Shown here: positions 34,936 through 45,640 of the stretch, piece after piece | Numbering within the stretch: position 1 is the stretch's first letter | Layout of the letters: each line of letters begins with the position of its first letter | Origin: a virus | Lineage: Duplodnaviria; Caudoviricetes | Virus record (IMG/VR): IMGVR_UViG_3300014205_000173 | Strand: one strand, 5' to 3' | DNA length: 64,000 nucleotides | Made by a program: the position numbers and the translations under genes | The notes under the pieces: generated by a model | Told to the model about the DNA's origin: nothing | The model's input: only the letters and a program-made list of their open reading frames with translations | The model's database searches: none

Positions 34936-35978
34936 TTACTTTTATTCTGAATGATAATTTCTTTTTTTAATTCACTTTGAGAATAAGCCCTTAATTCTCT
35001 AGCATCAAATTTTTTTACTAGATCAATATATGCTTTTGTGTCTTGCATATATCTTTTAGAATATCCATCTGGAGGTGTTATCGTTGTTGTTAGCTCAACT
35101 TTAACTCCTAGTTCTTTACTTTTTTTATATAAAAAATCCAAACTACTATCACTATCACACCACTTAAATAAAATATATTTCCAAAGAACTTCTGGACCTA
35201 CCTGCATTTTGCTTCTCAAAGAACATAAAATTTCCATATTTTTCTTTACTTTTTCCCAGCATCTTAATTTGTAGTATTCGTAAAACTCTTCATCATTTGT
35301 TCCATAAATTGCCATTTCTATTCTGTTAATACCACACTCTAAAAATTTTTTAGCCTTTTCTTCACTATCAACATACCACATATTTGTGCAAGATGTTATA
35401 AATACGTTTGGAAGTTTTTCTCTAATTCTTCTTACAAAATCAAAAAACTTAGGATGAGCCAAAGACTCTCCTTGACCATATGTAACGACAGTTTTAGTGT
35501 CATCTGTTAATCCGTTTAAAAATTTCTCAAATATATCCTCACTCATATCCAATCTCTTTAAAACAGTTTCCGGAGAACGAGTTCTATGGCACTCACTGCA
35601 CTTATAAACACACTTTGTTGTTAATTCTAATTGGACGTATTTTGGGCTTCTTAAATTATTTAAAGACGAAAATATTTCTGATGGATTATCAAAAGAATTT
35701 TTATATAAATTAATGTTATATTTTAACGGACATTTAGAGCATGTTTCCAAATATCTTCCTTCTTGATTTATAAAATTATTTCTTAATTCTTTATAGTTTT
35801 TTCCATTCCATAAATCTTCAAAAGAATCAAAATCCTTTAAAAAACCCATGCTCATTATTCTTTTACCGTTTTCATCAAACCAAAGTTCTGGCAAACAATG
35901 ACAAATAACTTCTCCATCACATAAAATATGTGTATGCATAAACGGTCTATCACAAAAAATACTGTTCTTATATTGCAT
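34932..35978 (-). CDS. radical SAM protein with N-terminal SPASM-like domain
   Basis: N-term CDRPF..DGEVICHC..LWNG..CSKC; CVYKCSEC. Confidence 0.88.
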   Translation of the reverse strand: MQYKNSIFCDRPFMHTHILCDGEVICHCLPELWFDENGKRIMSMGFLKDFDSFEDLWNGKNYKELRNNFINQEGRYLETCSKCPLKYNINLYKNSFDNPSEIFSSLNNLRSPKYVQLELTTKCVYKCSECHRTRSPETVLKRLDMSEDIFEKFLNGLTDDTKTVVTYGQGESLAHPKFFDFVRRIREKLPNVFITSCTNMWYVDSEEKAKKFLECGINRIEMAIYGTNDEEFYEYYKLRCWEKVKKNMEILCSLRSKMQVGPEVLWKYILFKWCDSDSSLDFLYKKSKELGVKVELTTTITPPDGYSKRYMQDTKAYIDLVKKFDARELRAYSQSELKKEIIIQNKSK

Positions 35979-36816
35979 TTTTAAAAGTTCCTTGAAATAT
36001 TATTTTATCTTTGTTAAAAATATCTTTATTAAAAATATTTTTTTCAATAAAACATTTTATTAAACTAAAAAAAAGTTTATGCCCATCTCCATTTAAGTGA
36101 GCTACATCAAACGTAAAACCACCCCTTTTAAGTTCCATCATATCTTTGGTTTCCAAAAATAAAATATTTTTATTCTTACAAAATTTTTTTATTATCCTAA
36201 AATGACTTTTACTAAAATCATCTAGCGAAACATGCGCTATGTACCTATACAAAAGAACTACGGGAATTATATTTTTATTTTTTAAATATTCACAAAACTC
36301 AAATAAAACTTCTACTGATTTACTTATCATTTCATGACTTTTGTTAATATATTCATATTCACTTATTACATCTTCTTCACTAACTATCCATTTATTTTTA
36401 TCTGAAAATTTAGAAGCAAAAATACTTCCATATTCAGAACAATGGTGAATCCTTATATCTTCCATTAATTCTGGCAAAGGTTGTCTTATATAATCTGGAA
36501 CTTGAATCATTACATATTTTATATTGTTGTAAAATTTTTCATAACACTTAAACCATTCAAAACAATTTTTTATACCAAAAGAACTTCTTCCCATATTTAT
36601 AAATTCTATTTTTTTATTTTTATAATGTTCAGAAAGAAGTTTTGTAAAATCATTGCTTCCATCTGGGACATATCCATAGGTTATTGAACATCCAACACAT
36701 ACGAACTTATCCCAAGTATCATTTTCTACAGGATATTTTGAACCACAAAAATTAAAATCATTACAATGATTTGGAAATCCAAGTTGATCTTTTATGAAAT
36801 TATTATTTAATTTCAT
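35968..36816 (-). CDS. SGNH/GDSL-fold protein
   Basis: GCSITYG, NMG, DVAHLNGDGH. Confidence 0.8.
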   Translation of the reverse strand: MKLNNNFIKDQLGFPNHCNDFNFCGSKYPVENDTWDKFVCVGCSITYGYVPDGSNDFTKLLSEHYKNKKIEFINMGRSSFGIKNCFEWFKCYEKFYNNIKYVMIQVPDYIRQPLPELMEDIRIHHCSEYGSIFASKFSDKNKWIVSEEDVISEYEYINKSHEMISKSVEVLFEFCEYLKNKNIIPVVLLYRYIAHVSLDDFSKSHFRIIKKFCKNKNILFLETKDMMELKRGGFTFDVAHLNGDGHKLFFSLIKCFIEKNIFNKDIFNKDKIIFQGTFKNAI

Positions 36817-36917
36817 TTAAATTTACCAAAGTGGATAAATGTTTTTACTATTTTCTTTTTTAAAAATAGATTTAACTTTAAATTTCATATATACATACAA
36901 GCAAAATATTTTTTTTA

Positions 36918-37907
36918 TCATTTTTCATTTAACTCATAGTCTACCATCGTTTTAACTAGATCTTTAAATGAAACTTTTGGTTCCCACTTAAGTTTATTTT
37001 TTGCTTTTGAAAAATCCCCAACAAGTAGATTTTCTTCTTTGGGTCTCATAAATTTAATATTTTGTTCAATATATTTCATATAATCAGCAATACCAACATG
37101 AAGAAATGCTTCTCTCAGAAAATCATTTACTGTATGAGTTTCTCCTGTTGCAATGACATAATCATCAGGACTAGATTGTTGCAGCATTAGCCACATTGAC
37201 TCACAAAAATCTCCTGCATATCCCCAATCTCTTGAAGACTCAATATTGCCCAATAATATTTTTGGGACGTTACTATCTCCATATTTTTGAATATGTTTAA
37301 AAATATTTACAACACCAGTTGATATTTTTTTTGTTACAAAATCAGAACCTCTCCTACTTGATTCATGGTTGTACATTATACCATTACAACAAAACATTCC
37401 ATAAAAATCCCTATAGTTAACAACTGCATAATGAGCGGCTGTTTTGGCTACTCCGTATGGATTTCTTGGATTTATTTTAGTTTTTTCATTTTGTGGAGAA
37501 TCAGTTACATTACCAAATATTTCACTTGAAGATGCCTGATAAACCTTTATGTCTTTTTTAACCACTCTTACTGCTTCAAGACAATTAAAGCATCCCTTTG
37601 CAACTACGTCAAACGTTAATAACGGTTGATTCCAAGACTCTCCAACAAAACTCATTGCAGCTAAGTTATAAAGTTCATCTGGCTCTGCTGTTTCTATTGA
37701 GTTTATTAATGAAGACATATCCGTAACGTCTCCATATAATATTTTAAAATTACTATTGTTTAAAATACCTTTTATTCTTTGCAAATTATCATTAGATGTT
37801 TTCCTTGCAATTCCATAGACCAAATAGCCTTTGTTTAAAAGAAATTCGGCTAAATATGAACCATCTTGCCCCACAACCCCAGTTATTAATGCTGTTTTTT
37901 TATACAT
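36918..37907 (-). CDS. gmd: GDP-mannose 4,6-dehydratase
   Basis: ALITGVVGQDGSYLAEFLL, YNLAAMSFV, QASSSE, PYGVAK, NHES.RRG..FVTKK, RDWGYAGD. Confidence 0.95.
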   Translation of the reverse strand: MYKKTALITGVVGQDGSYLAEFLLNKGYLVYGIARKTSNDNLQRIKGILNNSNFKILYGDVTDMSSLINSIETAEPDELYNLAAMSFVGESWNQPLLTFDVVAKGCFNCLEAVRVVKKDIKVYQASSSEIFGNVTDSPQNEKTKINPRNPYGVAKTAAHYAVVNYRDFYGMFCCNGIMYNHESSRRGSDFVTKKISTGVVNIFKHIQKYGDSNVPKILLGNIESSRDWGYAGDFCESMWLMLQQSSPDDYVIATGETHTVNDFLREAFLHVGIADYMKYIEQNIKFMRPKEENLLVGDFSKAKNKLKWEPKVSFKDLVKTMVDYELNEK

Positions 37908-37925
37908 TTTTTAACGCTTCCTTTA

Positions 37926-38714
37926 TTAATTGATACTTTCCATAAACTTAACACTTTCAATTATTTTTTCAGGAGTCGGATTCCAACCATTTTCAGTCAA
38001 ATATTTAACTTTTACATTAAATGGATTCCAATCATTTATATACCTATTTTCCAAATGATCACTACCCCAAACCAACTGAGGGCATTCACAAAGTGTTGCA
38101 AAATGCATAAGACCAGCAGACGGACCTATTATCATTTTACTAGAAGATAAAATATTAGAAACCATTTCAATTCCAATATCCATACGATCTATTGTTCCGT
38201 CTATATATTCTGAAGACTCTCTTAAACCTAATGAAGTTACTGTATATCCCATATTCAATATACAATCAACAGTCTCTCTACATTTTTTTAAATTCCAGTT
38301 CCTTTCTCTTTTTGTATAAACACCCTCATTAAATCTTCTTGCACAAATACAAATATTTTTATCTTTAACAATATTTTTATTGTATGAAATAAATTTTTGT
38401 TTCATTTGTTTGTTAAATGTATTTAAATGGGTTTTTAAATCTAAAACTCTTATCACTCTTGTAGGACTATACTCTTCGTGTATATTTGGTACGTTATTGT
38501 GTCCTATACATTCATATCCATCACAGTTAGTAGAATTTGTATCATATGGAATAAATTTTGTACAAAAATCTTTATAAATAAATTCGTACATACTTCTACT
38601 TGAAATAATTACTTCGTCATAGTCTTTTGCTATTTCACGAAGATATCCTTGCCATTCAAATAGCTCCATTCCAAATTCACCAATAAATGGTCCTGCAAAA
38701 AGTTTTTTCCCCAT
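37926..38714 (-). CDS. GT-B (GT9-like) glycosyltransferase, paralog of 47852..48670
   Basis: FAGPFIGEFG..WQG; IGPSAGLMHFATLC. Confidence 0.7.
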   Translation of the reverse strand: MGKKLFAGPFIGEFGMELFEWQGYLREIAKDYDEVIISSRSMYEFIYKDFCTKFIPYDTNSTNCDGYECIGHNNVPNIHEEYSPTRVIRVLDLKTHLNTFNKQMKQKFISYNKNIVKDKNICICARRFNEGVYTKRERNWNLKKCRETVDCILNMGYTVTSLGLRESSEYIDGTIDRMDIGIEMVSNILSSSKMIIGPSAGLMHFATLCECPQLVWGSDHLENRYINDWNPFNVKVKYLTENGWNPTPEKIIESVKFMESIN

Positions 38715-38715
38715 T

Positions 38716-39513
38716 TTACTGACACAAAGCACAAATTCCAAATGACTCATACTTTCTCATAACATCACGCTCCTTAATCAGCATTCTATCAACCTTTTTC
38801 TTACATACCGGACAATCATTTTTTGTTCTTCTAATAAGAACTTGTTTGTTCTCTTCATCTAAAGGTAATTTTAATAAAATATCTAAATCTTCTTCATGCC
38901 AAAGTCCAACAATGCTAGGATCAATCTTTCCTGACCTTAATAGATTTATAAAATTAACTATATGATCATGGTATGTATTTTCTGATTTTATGCTAACTAT
39001 TTTAGCACCATCATTTTTTGAATTTACAGTTTCAAAACCCCATACAGATGTATTTGTATTTAGGTATTTCATAAAATAATCAGTCTTCCAAATAGCAGTG
39101 TGTATGCTCGTTCTATATTCAGAATCTTGATTTATCAATAAAACATTATCGTGAAATGGAGCAGAATACACATTAAGATGAGCATGAAGCATTGCCTTGT
39201 CCGCACCATTCTTTATTTCATTCTCCATAATTTTTAATTCATCTAATTTTACATATTCAAATAAAAAATGATCTTCTAAGTGCATTACAAAATATTCGTC
39301 TTTAAAACACGAAAAAAATTTTCTTAAGTTCGTAGTCCAATATCCTGAATCTTTACCTAAAGATATTATTTCAAAATTACTTGGTAATTTAATTGGAATC
39401 TTATTAAAGCATAAAATAATACACTCTTGATTTTTCCAATATTTATTGAATAACTCACAAAAAACAGGAATTATATACTGATATTTATCTGATACCGGAA
39501 TTACTACTTTCAT
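38716..39513 (-). CDS. GT-A-like glycosyltransferase
   Basis: SDKY..F..YW; LEDHFL; AIWK..WGFE. Confidence 0.65.
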   Translation of the reverse strand: MKVVIPVSDKYQYIIPVFCELFNKYWKNQECIILCFNKIPIKLPSNFEIISLGKDSGYWTTNLRKFFSCFKDEYFVMHLEDHFLFEYVKLDELKIMENEIKNGADKAMLHAHLNVYSAPFHDNVLLINQDSEYRTSIHTAIWKTDYFMKYLNTNTSVWGFETVNSKNDGAKIVSIKSENTYHDHIVNFINLLRSGKIDPSIVGLWHEEDLDILLKLPLDEENKQVLIRRTKNDCPVCKKKVDRMLIKERDVMRKYESFGICALCQ

Positions 39514-39533
39514 TTTTATTTTCCTTAATATTA

Positions 39534-40184
39534 TTACCTACTTACATATAATTCGTTTGATTTTACGTTCTGTTCTTCTACTTTAAATTTATGAAATGAA
39601 AATCCCAAACTATAAAGTTTTTTCAAAAGTATATCTTGTTCTTTTTTTTCAAAGTGTATTTCCATAGAAATTTGACTTATTTTTTTTGCAGTTTCTTCGT
39701 TCATGTCGGTAACAATATCATACTCAGTTCCTTCTGTGTCTAACTTCAAATAGTCTATACTATCTATTTTTAAAAAATTTAACAGACTATTTATCTTCAA
39801 TGTTTTTACCTTGTATTTTATTGTTTTAATAAATTCTGAATCGTGCATCAAATAATTTTCATATAGCCCTTTTACATTGCCCCACTCTTTAAACTTATTG
39901 TTATTAGAAACTACTTCCATAAACTCAATTTCTTCTTCTTCATGCTCTCCAACTAACGCATTTTCATAATAGGTAATTATTTTGTTGTTATTTTTTTCTA
40001 AAAATTTAAAATTTGATTTACAACACTCAAAACCATATAAACGATAATCAGTCCCACTTAAATATGGAGTTAAACTTTCATTTAACTCACCCATACACGC
40101 ACCGCCATCAACAATAATAAACTTAGACTTAATTTTATCAATATCAATATAGTGTCCAAATACTTGTTTTATATTTTTATTCAT
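39534..40184 (-). CDS. FkbM-family methyltransferase
   Basis: IVDGGACMG, IDYLKLDTEGTEY, QISMEIH. Confidence 0.88.
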   Translation of the reverse strand: MNKNIKQVFGHYIDIDKIKSKFIIVDGGACMGELNESLTPYLSGTDYRLYGFECCKSNFKFLEKNNNKIITYYENALVGEHEEEEIEFMEVVSNNNKFKEWGNVKGLYENYLMHDSEFIKTIKYKVKTLKINSLLNFLKIDSIDYLKLDTEGTEYDIVTDMNEETAKKISQISMEIHFEKKEQDILLKKLYSLGFSFHKFKVEEQNVKSNELYVSR

Positions 40185-41430
40185 AATTTACTTCTTGCTG
40201 TCTTTCGCACATTATATGCTTATACTTTTCTTTTAGTCTTTTTTGATGATCTTTTAATTGATTATTCGTAAAATGATCAGTATTCCAAAAATCATTAGAA
40301 TATTCGTCTGTATTTTTCCAATCAATATTCTTATATTTTTCTGGATTTTTTGCATAAATAGCGCATCCGGGATATGGGCAAAGAATTGTAAAACCAACAA
40401 AATCTGGTTTTATTTCATCAATTAATGACTCGGTTAAAGAAATATCTTCTTCCGTTTCATTTGGCATTCCAAGAATAAAAAAACCTCTTCTATAAATTCC
40501 AATATCTTTAGCCCATTTAAAGGCTCTTTTTAAAATTACAGTATTAACACCCTTACCTACATCTTTTAATATTTTGTCACTCCCGCTTTCACAACCTATA
40601 TTTATTTGATTACATCCACTTTTTTTCATCCAGTAAAACATTTCTTCTGTTGCAAAAGAAGCATGTATTAATGCTTCCCATTTTGTATCAATACCATACT
40701 CTATCTTTTTTTTACAAAATTCTATTACATAATCAGCAGAATTGTCAAAAGTTGCATCAACAAATTTAAAATAATCTAAATTATATTCTTTAGAAACATA
40801 AAGAATTTCTTTACACAAATCATCAATATCTCTTCTTCTTATTGGATTTGTTTTACTATTAAATTTACCTGTCATTATTTTTTCTGAGCAGAAAAAGCAG
40901 GACACAGGGCATCCTCTACTTGCCTGAAAACTAGCAGTTCTCTTCCCGTTTATACTTTGACACAAGGCAATTGTTCTTTCGTTTTTTATTGCCTTTCTAT
41001 CAGGAAATGCAAGCTCTTCAAAATTCATTTTCCTTCCTAAAACAACTTTATCTCTATTACCATTTAATATATCTAAAATTGCCGCTTCTCCCTCGCCAAC
41101 AACAACTTGATCTACACCGTCAATTAATGCCTCTCTATTAACAGAAGTAGTATGCCATCCACCGAAAACACTTATAACTTTTTTGTTTTTTAATTTAATT
41201 TGTCTTGAAAGGTTTACCCCATGACTAAAACAAGGAGAGGTACATGAAATAAAAATAAAATCAGAATCTAAAGATCCATTTATAATTTCTTCATCAGTAT
41301 CAAAGTTTGCATGAAAGAAATTGATATCAATTTCTTTTTTATACTCTTTTTTTACATAAGAAATTAAATATGCAAAACCCAAACACTCCCATGTATTATG
41401 ATAATATGGTTGAATGAAAGTTATTTTCAT
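40177..41430 (-). CDS. B12-binding radical SAM protein (class B)
   Basis: GGWHTT, VVGEGE, ASRGCPVSCFFC, GCESGS, FILGMPNET, PYPG. Confidence 0.92.
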   Translation of the reverse strand: MKITFIQPYYHNTWECLGFAYLISYVKKEYKKEIDINFFHANFDTDEEIINGSLDSDFIFISCTSPCFSHGVNLSRQIKLKNKKVISVFGGWHTTSVNREALIDGVDQVVVGEGEAAILDILNGNRDKVVLGRKMNFEELAFPDRKAIKNERTIALCQSINGKRTASFQASRGCPVSCFFCSEKIMTGKFNSKTNPIRRRDIDDLCKEILYVSKEYNLDYFKFVDATFDNSADYVIEFCKKKIEYGIDTKWEALIHASFATEEMFYWMKKSGCNQINIGCESGSDKILKDVGKGVNTVILKRAFKWAKDIGIYRRGFFILGMPNETEEDISLTESLIDEIKPDFVGFTILCPYPGCAIYAKNPEKYKNIDWKNTDEYSNDFWNTDHFTNNQLKDHQKRLKEKYKHIMCERQQEVNYE

Positions 41431-42458
41431 TTTTTTAAATATCCTATTTTTTCCATATAATTTTTTCCAGGAGCCTTTTTCTTTAGATAAGATTCTACTG
41501 TTGTATTTATTATATCTATAAGTGTATCTTGAGCTTTAATTATATTTGGATGTGTTGGAAGAGGCAAAATATGATCATATACATAATCTGTATTCGGCAA
41601 ACCAAAAACTAAAGGTTCGTAATAAACTTTTGATTCAAATCCATTTTCAACAAACGCATTTGCTACAGCATTTCTCATGCCATTACTGTCTAACAAAATA
41701 GCATAAACACTATGATTTGTGTTTTTTAAAACCTTTTGTTCCTTAAAACTAAAATTTAATTTATTTCTATATTTTTCAATAATACCACCATGAACATTCT
41801 TATATTCATTGTCGTAATATTCTATAGATTTCTTTGCAATAAAAGCATTTATTTCAGACATTCTACCAGAAAGTCTTCTAAGTTCTGTTGCTGTTTCTGC
41901 AACAGAGTCATTTTGGGTTAAAATCATTCCACCTTCAGTTGCAGTTACTATTTTTGTAAAAGACAAAGAAACAACTTCGACAACACCTCTATGTCCTAGT
42001 TTTGGTAAATCAAAACCATGCGCAGCATCAATTATTGTTGGAATTTTTTTACAAGAATCTGATTGATTTCCAAAAATATCAACAGGAATAGCAACGTCGC
42101 AATGCTCTTCATCTACATTTTCCATTAACCATGTATCTTTATTTATATCGCAAAAAACTGGAGCATTTCCCAAACAAGATTCCAATGCATAGAGAGTGCT
42201 AGGCCAAGTAAATGCAGGGAGAGCTATTTTTTTATTTGAAAAACCACAAGATTTAATAGATATTATTAATCCAGTAGTTGCATTTGAACATGCAATTGCA
42301 TGTTTCACATTAAATCTTGATTTAAATATAGACTCCAATTCATTCATATGTTTACCAATACTAACCCAACCACTATTAAGTATATTTTCTATCTCGCTAT
42401 AGTCTTCTTTTTTTAAAACTATATTTGGTGTAGAAAAACCATATTTGAAATTATTCAT
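41427..42458 (-). CDS. DegT/DnrJ PLP sugar aminotransferase (perosamine synthase-like)
   Basis: SNATTGL, PAFTWPST, IDAAHG, SLSFTKIVTATEGG with Lys retained. Confidence 0.85.
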   Translation of the reverse strand: MNNFKYGFSTPNIVLKKEDYSEIENILNSGWVSIGKHMNELESIFKSRFNVKHAIACSNATTGLIISIKSCGFSNKKIALPAFTWPSTLYALESCLGNAPVFCDINKDTWLMENVDEEHCDVAIPVDIFGNQSDSCKKIPTIIDAAHGFDLPKLGHRGVVEVVSLSFTKIVTATEGGMILTQNDSVAETATELRRLSGRMSEINAFIAKKSIEYYDNEYKNVHGGIIEKYRNKLNFSFKEQKVLKNTNHSVYAILLDSNGMRNAVANAFVENGFESKVYYEPLVFGLPNTDYVYDHILPLPTHPNIIKAQDTLIDIINTTVESYLKKKAPGKNYMEKIGYLKK

Positions 42459-43632
42459 ATGTATACCCTATTGTCTTTTCTATTAAATTAAATAATAAAT
42501 CTAAATGTTTTTCATTTATAAAATGACTATTCCCAATATAAAATCCGTTAGAATTTAATATATCTGAATTGTTATAAACAGTACCAATTTCCACATATTT
42601 TGAAAGAAATGGCTGTATCGTTAAGTTGCCACCAACAACTGGTCTTGTTTCTATTTTATTTTTATTAAGGATTTCTTGTAGTCTATTCTTAAAGTTACTG
42701 TCTTTGCAAATAACCGGCAAACAAAAGCTTGAATTTCCATTTACTTTTGGTATGTAAAAATATTGTGGATATTTTTTTATAAAGTTTACAAACTTTTCAT
42801 AATTTGATTTTCTTATTAAATTGTTTTCACTTAAATGTTTTAGTTGTGAAATTCCTAAAACTGCATTTATTTCTGTATTTCTAAAGTTAAAACCATCTGT
42901 TAGAAACAGAAATTTTGAATCTATTTCTGGATGTTTTTTTGATTCTTTAATATACTCTTCTTTGGGAAGCTCTCTAGCCAAGCCATGACTTCTTTTTACC
43001 TTCATTAAACAATATAAATCATAGTCGTTTGTACAAACAACGCCACCTTCGATTGTGGTACAATGGTGCCCAAAATAAAAACTAAAAGTAGAGCCTTCAG
43101 AAAAATTACCAACCTTTATATTGTTTATTTCAGCACCATGACTTTCACAACAATCTTCTATAAATATAGCGTTTGGTAAAATATTTTTATATAATTCTAT
43201 ATCTGCTGGAATTCCAAGCAAATGAGTAACAAAAACTACTTTTATATCCGTATTTTTCTCAACAATTTTTTTCAAACATTCAACATCAAAACTAAAATCA
43301 TATAGGTTTATATCACAAAAAACAGGCTTTAACCCCATTTGAATTATTGGAGTTATATTTGTTGACCATGTACAACATGGAACTAAAACTTTATCATTAA
43401 AATTTAAATTATATTTTTCTTTTATTGCAGAAACAAGAAGTAAATTTGCAGTGCTTCCAGAAGAAACATATAAAGTATGTTTACACCCCAACCATTCTGA
43501 CCACTTTTTTTCAAACTCAATAACCATATCACCATTAGTAAATTTATCAGTATTGTTTATAAAATCAATCATACTATCTTTATCTTCTTTAGTAATTGCA
43601 TTACCCATTAATGTCCAAAAAACTTCTTCCAT
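42451..43632 (-). CDS. ColD-like GDP-4-keto-6-deoxymannose 3-dehydratase (DegT family)
   Basis: SSGSTANLL, EDCCESHG, SFYFGHHCTTIEGG with His in place of Schiff-base Lys, GFNFR. Confidence 0.82.
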   Translation of the reverse strand: MEEVFWTLMGNAITKEDKDSMIDFINNTDKFTNGDMVIEFEKKWSEWLGCKHTLYVSSGSTANLLLVSAIKEKYNLNFNDKVLVPCCTWSTNITPIIQMGLKPVFCDINLYDFSFDVECLKKIVEKNTDIKVVFVTHLLGIPADIELYKNILPNAIFIEDCCESHGAEINNIKVGNFSEGSTFSFYFGHHCTTIEGGVVCTNDYDLYCLMKVKRSHGLARELPKEEYIKESKKHPEIDSKFLFLTDGFNFRNTEINAVLGISQLKHLSENNLIRKSNYEKFVNFIKKYPQYFYIPKVNGNSSFCLPVICKDSNFKNRLQEILNKNKIETRPVVGGNLTIQPFLSKYVEIGTVYNNSDILNSNGFYIGNSHFINEKHLDLLFNLIEKTIGYTYE

Positions 43633-43648
43633 AAAAAATACTCCGTTT

Positions 43649-44002
43649 TTAAGTAAACCCTTTATATAACTTTATATTTGGTTCAGAAAAATTTTTATGA
43701 TGATTTTTATCTATATAGTTATCTAGGAAAAAATTTATTGCCCTTATTAACTTTGGTCTTCTATCTTTAAAACAATAATCAATTTTTCTTTTTAATTCAG
43801 CTACTTCACTATCTGTATTTGCTTCAGATACTGCATCTTCAAGCTTCCAAGTTCTTATATGTAGTACAATAAATCTATCTAATATCTCAGCGAAACTTTC
43901 ACTAAATTCAAGCCCATCAATAGAAAGAGGCTCGTTCTCAAATCTTTCGCTTATTTCTTCAAGAAGTAATTCGCTTATTTTTAAAATTCTATTTTCAGAC
44001 AT
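43649..44002 (-). CDS. DUF4254-like helical protein
   Basis: ES.AEILDR..LHIRTWKLED..KRKID..R..LI. Confidence 0.6.
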   Translation of the reverse strand: MSENRILKISELLLEEISERFENEPLSIDGLEFSESFAEILDRFIVLHIRTWKLEDAVSEANTDSEVAELKRKIDYCFKDRRPKLIRAINFFLDNYIDKNHHKNFSEPNIKLYKGFT

Positions 44003-44004
44003 TT

Positions 44005-44916
44005 TTATATTCCTAGTTTTATTTTTACAGTTTCAATAAATCTTTCAATACATATATTATCACATCCATTTTTTTCAAAAATAGAAACCCCGTTTATATT
44101 TACAGGAGTTAATGCGTCAAAGTTTCTATTATGATTTGGCAGCCAGTTTGTAATAAGATAAATACAAGATTTAGAATATGCACCTAAAACCCAACCAGAA
44201 CCACTATCGGTAGTTACACACAAATCTGACTCTAAAGAATATTTTATTTGGTCAAAAAAACTTAAATCTATAAATTTTTTATAATTCATAGAATTAGACA
44301 AAGTAGGCTCATTCCCGTATCCGTAATGATAAACATTAATTCCTAAATCAGTAATTTTTTTTATCGAATTAGACCACCATTCCTCAGACGGAGAACGTCC
44401 TGTCTTATCTCCATATCCAGCAAAAGGCCAAATTGCTATACTATTCTTAAAAATAATATTCTGAGAAGAATCATACTCTGTTGTATATGCAGTACTTTGA
44501 ATTGGTTTTATTCCAGATTCAAACCATTTATATAAATTTGGATAAAAATCTTGTGGAGATAAAACTCCATTCAAATCTGTTATTCCCGCAATTCTTGCTG
44601 TTTCCTCAATACAATTTCTTTCATTATACCAGTGTACGCAATCATGATTTTGATTTAGTTTACATTTAAAGTCACAAGAATTAAATATTTTTAAATCTTC
44701 TTCCCCAAAAGAAGACCAGTTATCAGTTATTTTTATTTTGTCTATAAGGGGATGATTTATAAATAAATCTAAAGCTTGAGAACACTTTTTTTCTATAACC
44801 CAAAACTTATAACTATCAGGATATTTTTTTTCAAAATAAGTCAATACAGGCAATGCCATTATTAAATCACCAATAATGCCATAACTTACTCCCCAAATTT
44901 TGAAATTTTTATTCAT
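44005..44916 (-). CDS. GT9-like glycosyltransferase
   Basis: IGDLIMALP, VTTDSGSGWV. Confidence 0.8.
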   Translation of the reverse strand: MNKNFKIWGVSYGIIGDLIMALPVLTYFEKKYPDSYKFWVIEKKCSQALDLFINHPLIDKIKITDNWSSFGEEDLKIFNSCDFKCKLNQNHDCVHWYNERNCIEETARIAGITDLNGVLSPQDFYPNLYKWFESGIKPIQSTAYTTEYDSSQNIIFKNSIAIWPFAGYGDKTGRSPSEEWWSNSIKKITDLGINVYHYGYGNEPTLSNSMNYKKFIDLSFFDQIKYSLESDLCVTTDSGSGWVLGAYSKSCIYLITNWLPNHNRNFDALTPVNINGVSIFEKNGCDNICIERFIETVKIKLGI

Positions 44917-45591
44917 TTAAATACCTAATGTTTTAATATCTTCTCTAATTTGATCTGTTCTATTTTGCTGATCATAAGTTCCCGCACCAGCATAATGAAG
45001 GACATACGACTTAAATCTATCATCACCAAACATAGTCATATGGTTCCATTTATAATCTAATTGATGTATTTTATGCCCATACTTATGAATATGATAACAC
45101 AAATGAACATCATCCATACCAAAAGACATAAAATAATGTTTCCCATCTATTGGAGTAAAAATATTTTTATGAATTTTTGAAAAAACAGCAAATCCAGTAT
45201 TTATATATCCTTCAGTCCATCCTACATCGCCAAATTGTGCCTGAACTAATTTTATTTGCCCCCTTCTATGTTCTGCACTACTACCAACATCTTCATATAT
45301 ACTTCCAACACACTCTTCTGGAACCTCTTCAAAAATATTTGGACAATTATCATTTATAATAACATCTGAATCTACAGATAAAATTCTATCATAAGTATTA
45401 AACAAATTATAAAATTCCATAATTCTATAATGAGGTCTTGGAGGGTATTCATTTGTCCAAATTGGCGGTTCCTGATCTAAAACCTTAAAATCCGCACCAC
45501 ATCTTTTGGCATATTTTTCTATTATTGGAAAAGTCATTTGAGTCATTTTATTTATTTTACTATCAGCCCTTGTTGCCATTAAAAGTTTCAT
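44917..45591 (-). CDS. GT8/GT34-like GT-A glycosyltransferase
   Basis: YDRILSVDSDVII..CPNIF, NTGF, WN, HYAG. Confidence 0.75.
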   Translation of the reverse strand: MKLLMATRADSKINKMTQMTFPIIEKYAKRCGADFKVLDQEPPIWTNEYPPRPHYRIMEFYNLFNTYDRILSVDSDVIINDNCPNIFEEVPEECVGSIYEDVGSSAEHRRGQIKLVQAQFGDVGWTEGYINTGFAVFSKIHKNIFTPIDGKHYFMSFGMDDVHLCYHIHKYGHKIHQLDYKWNHMTMFGDDRFKSYVLHYAGAGTYDQQNRTDQIREDIKTLGI

Positions 45592-45640
45592 AAGTTTATA
45601 ATATTCCTATATGTCGTAGTCTTGGGTTTCAATTTTTTCC

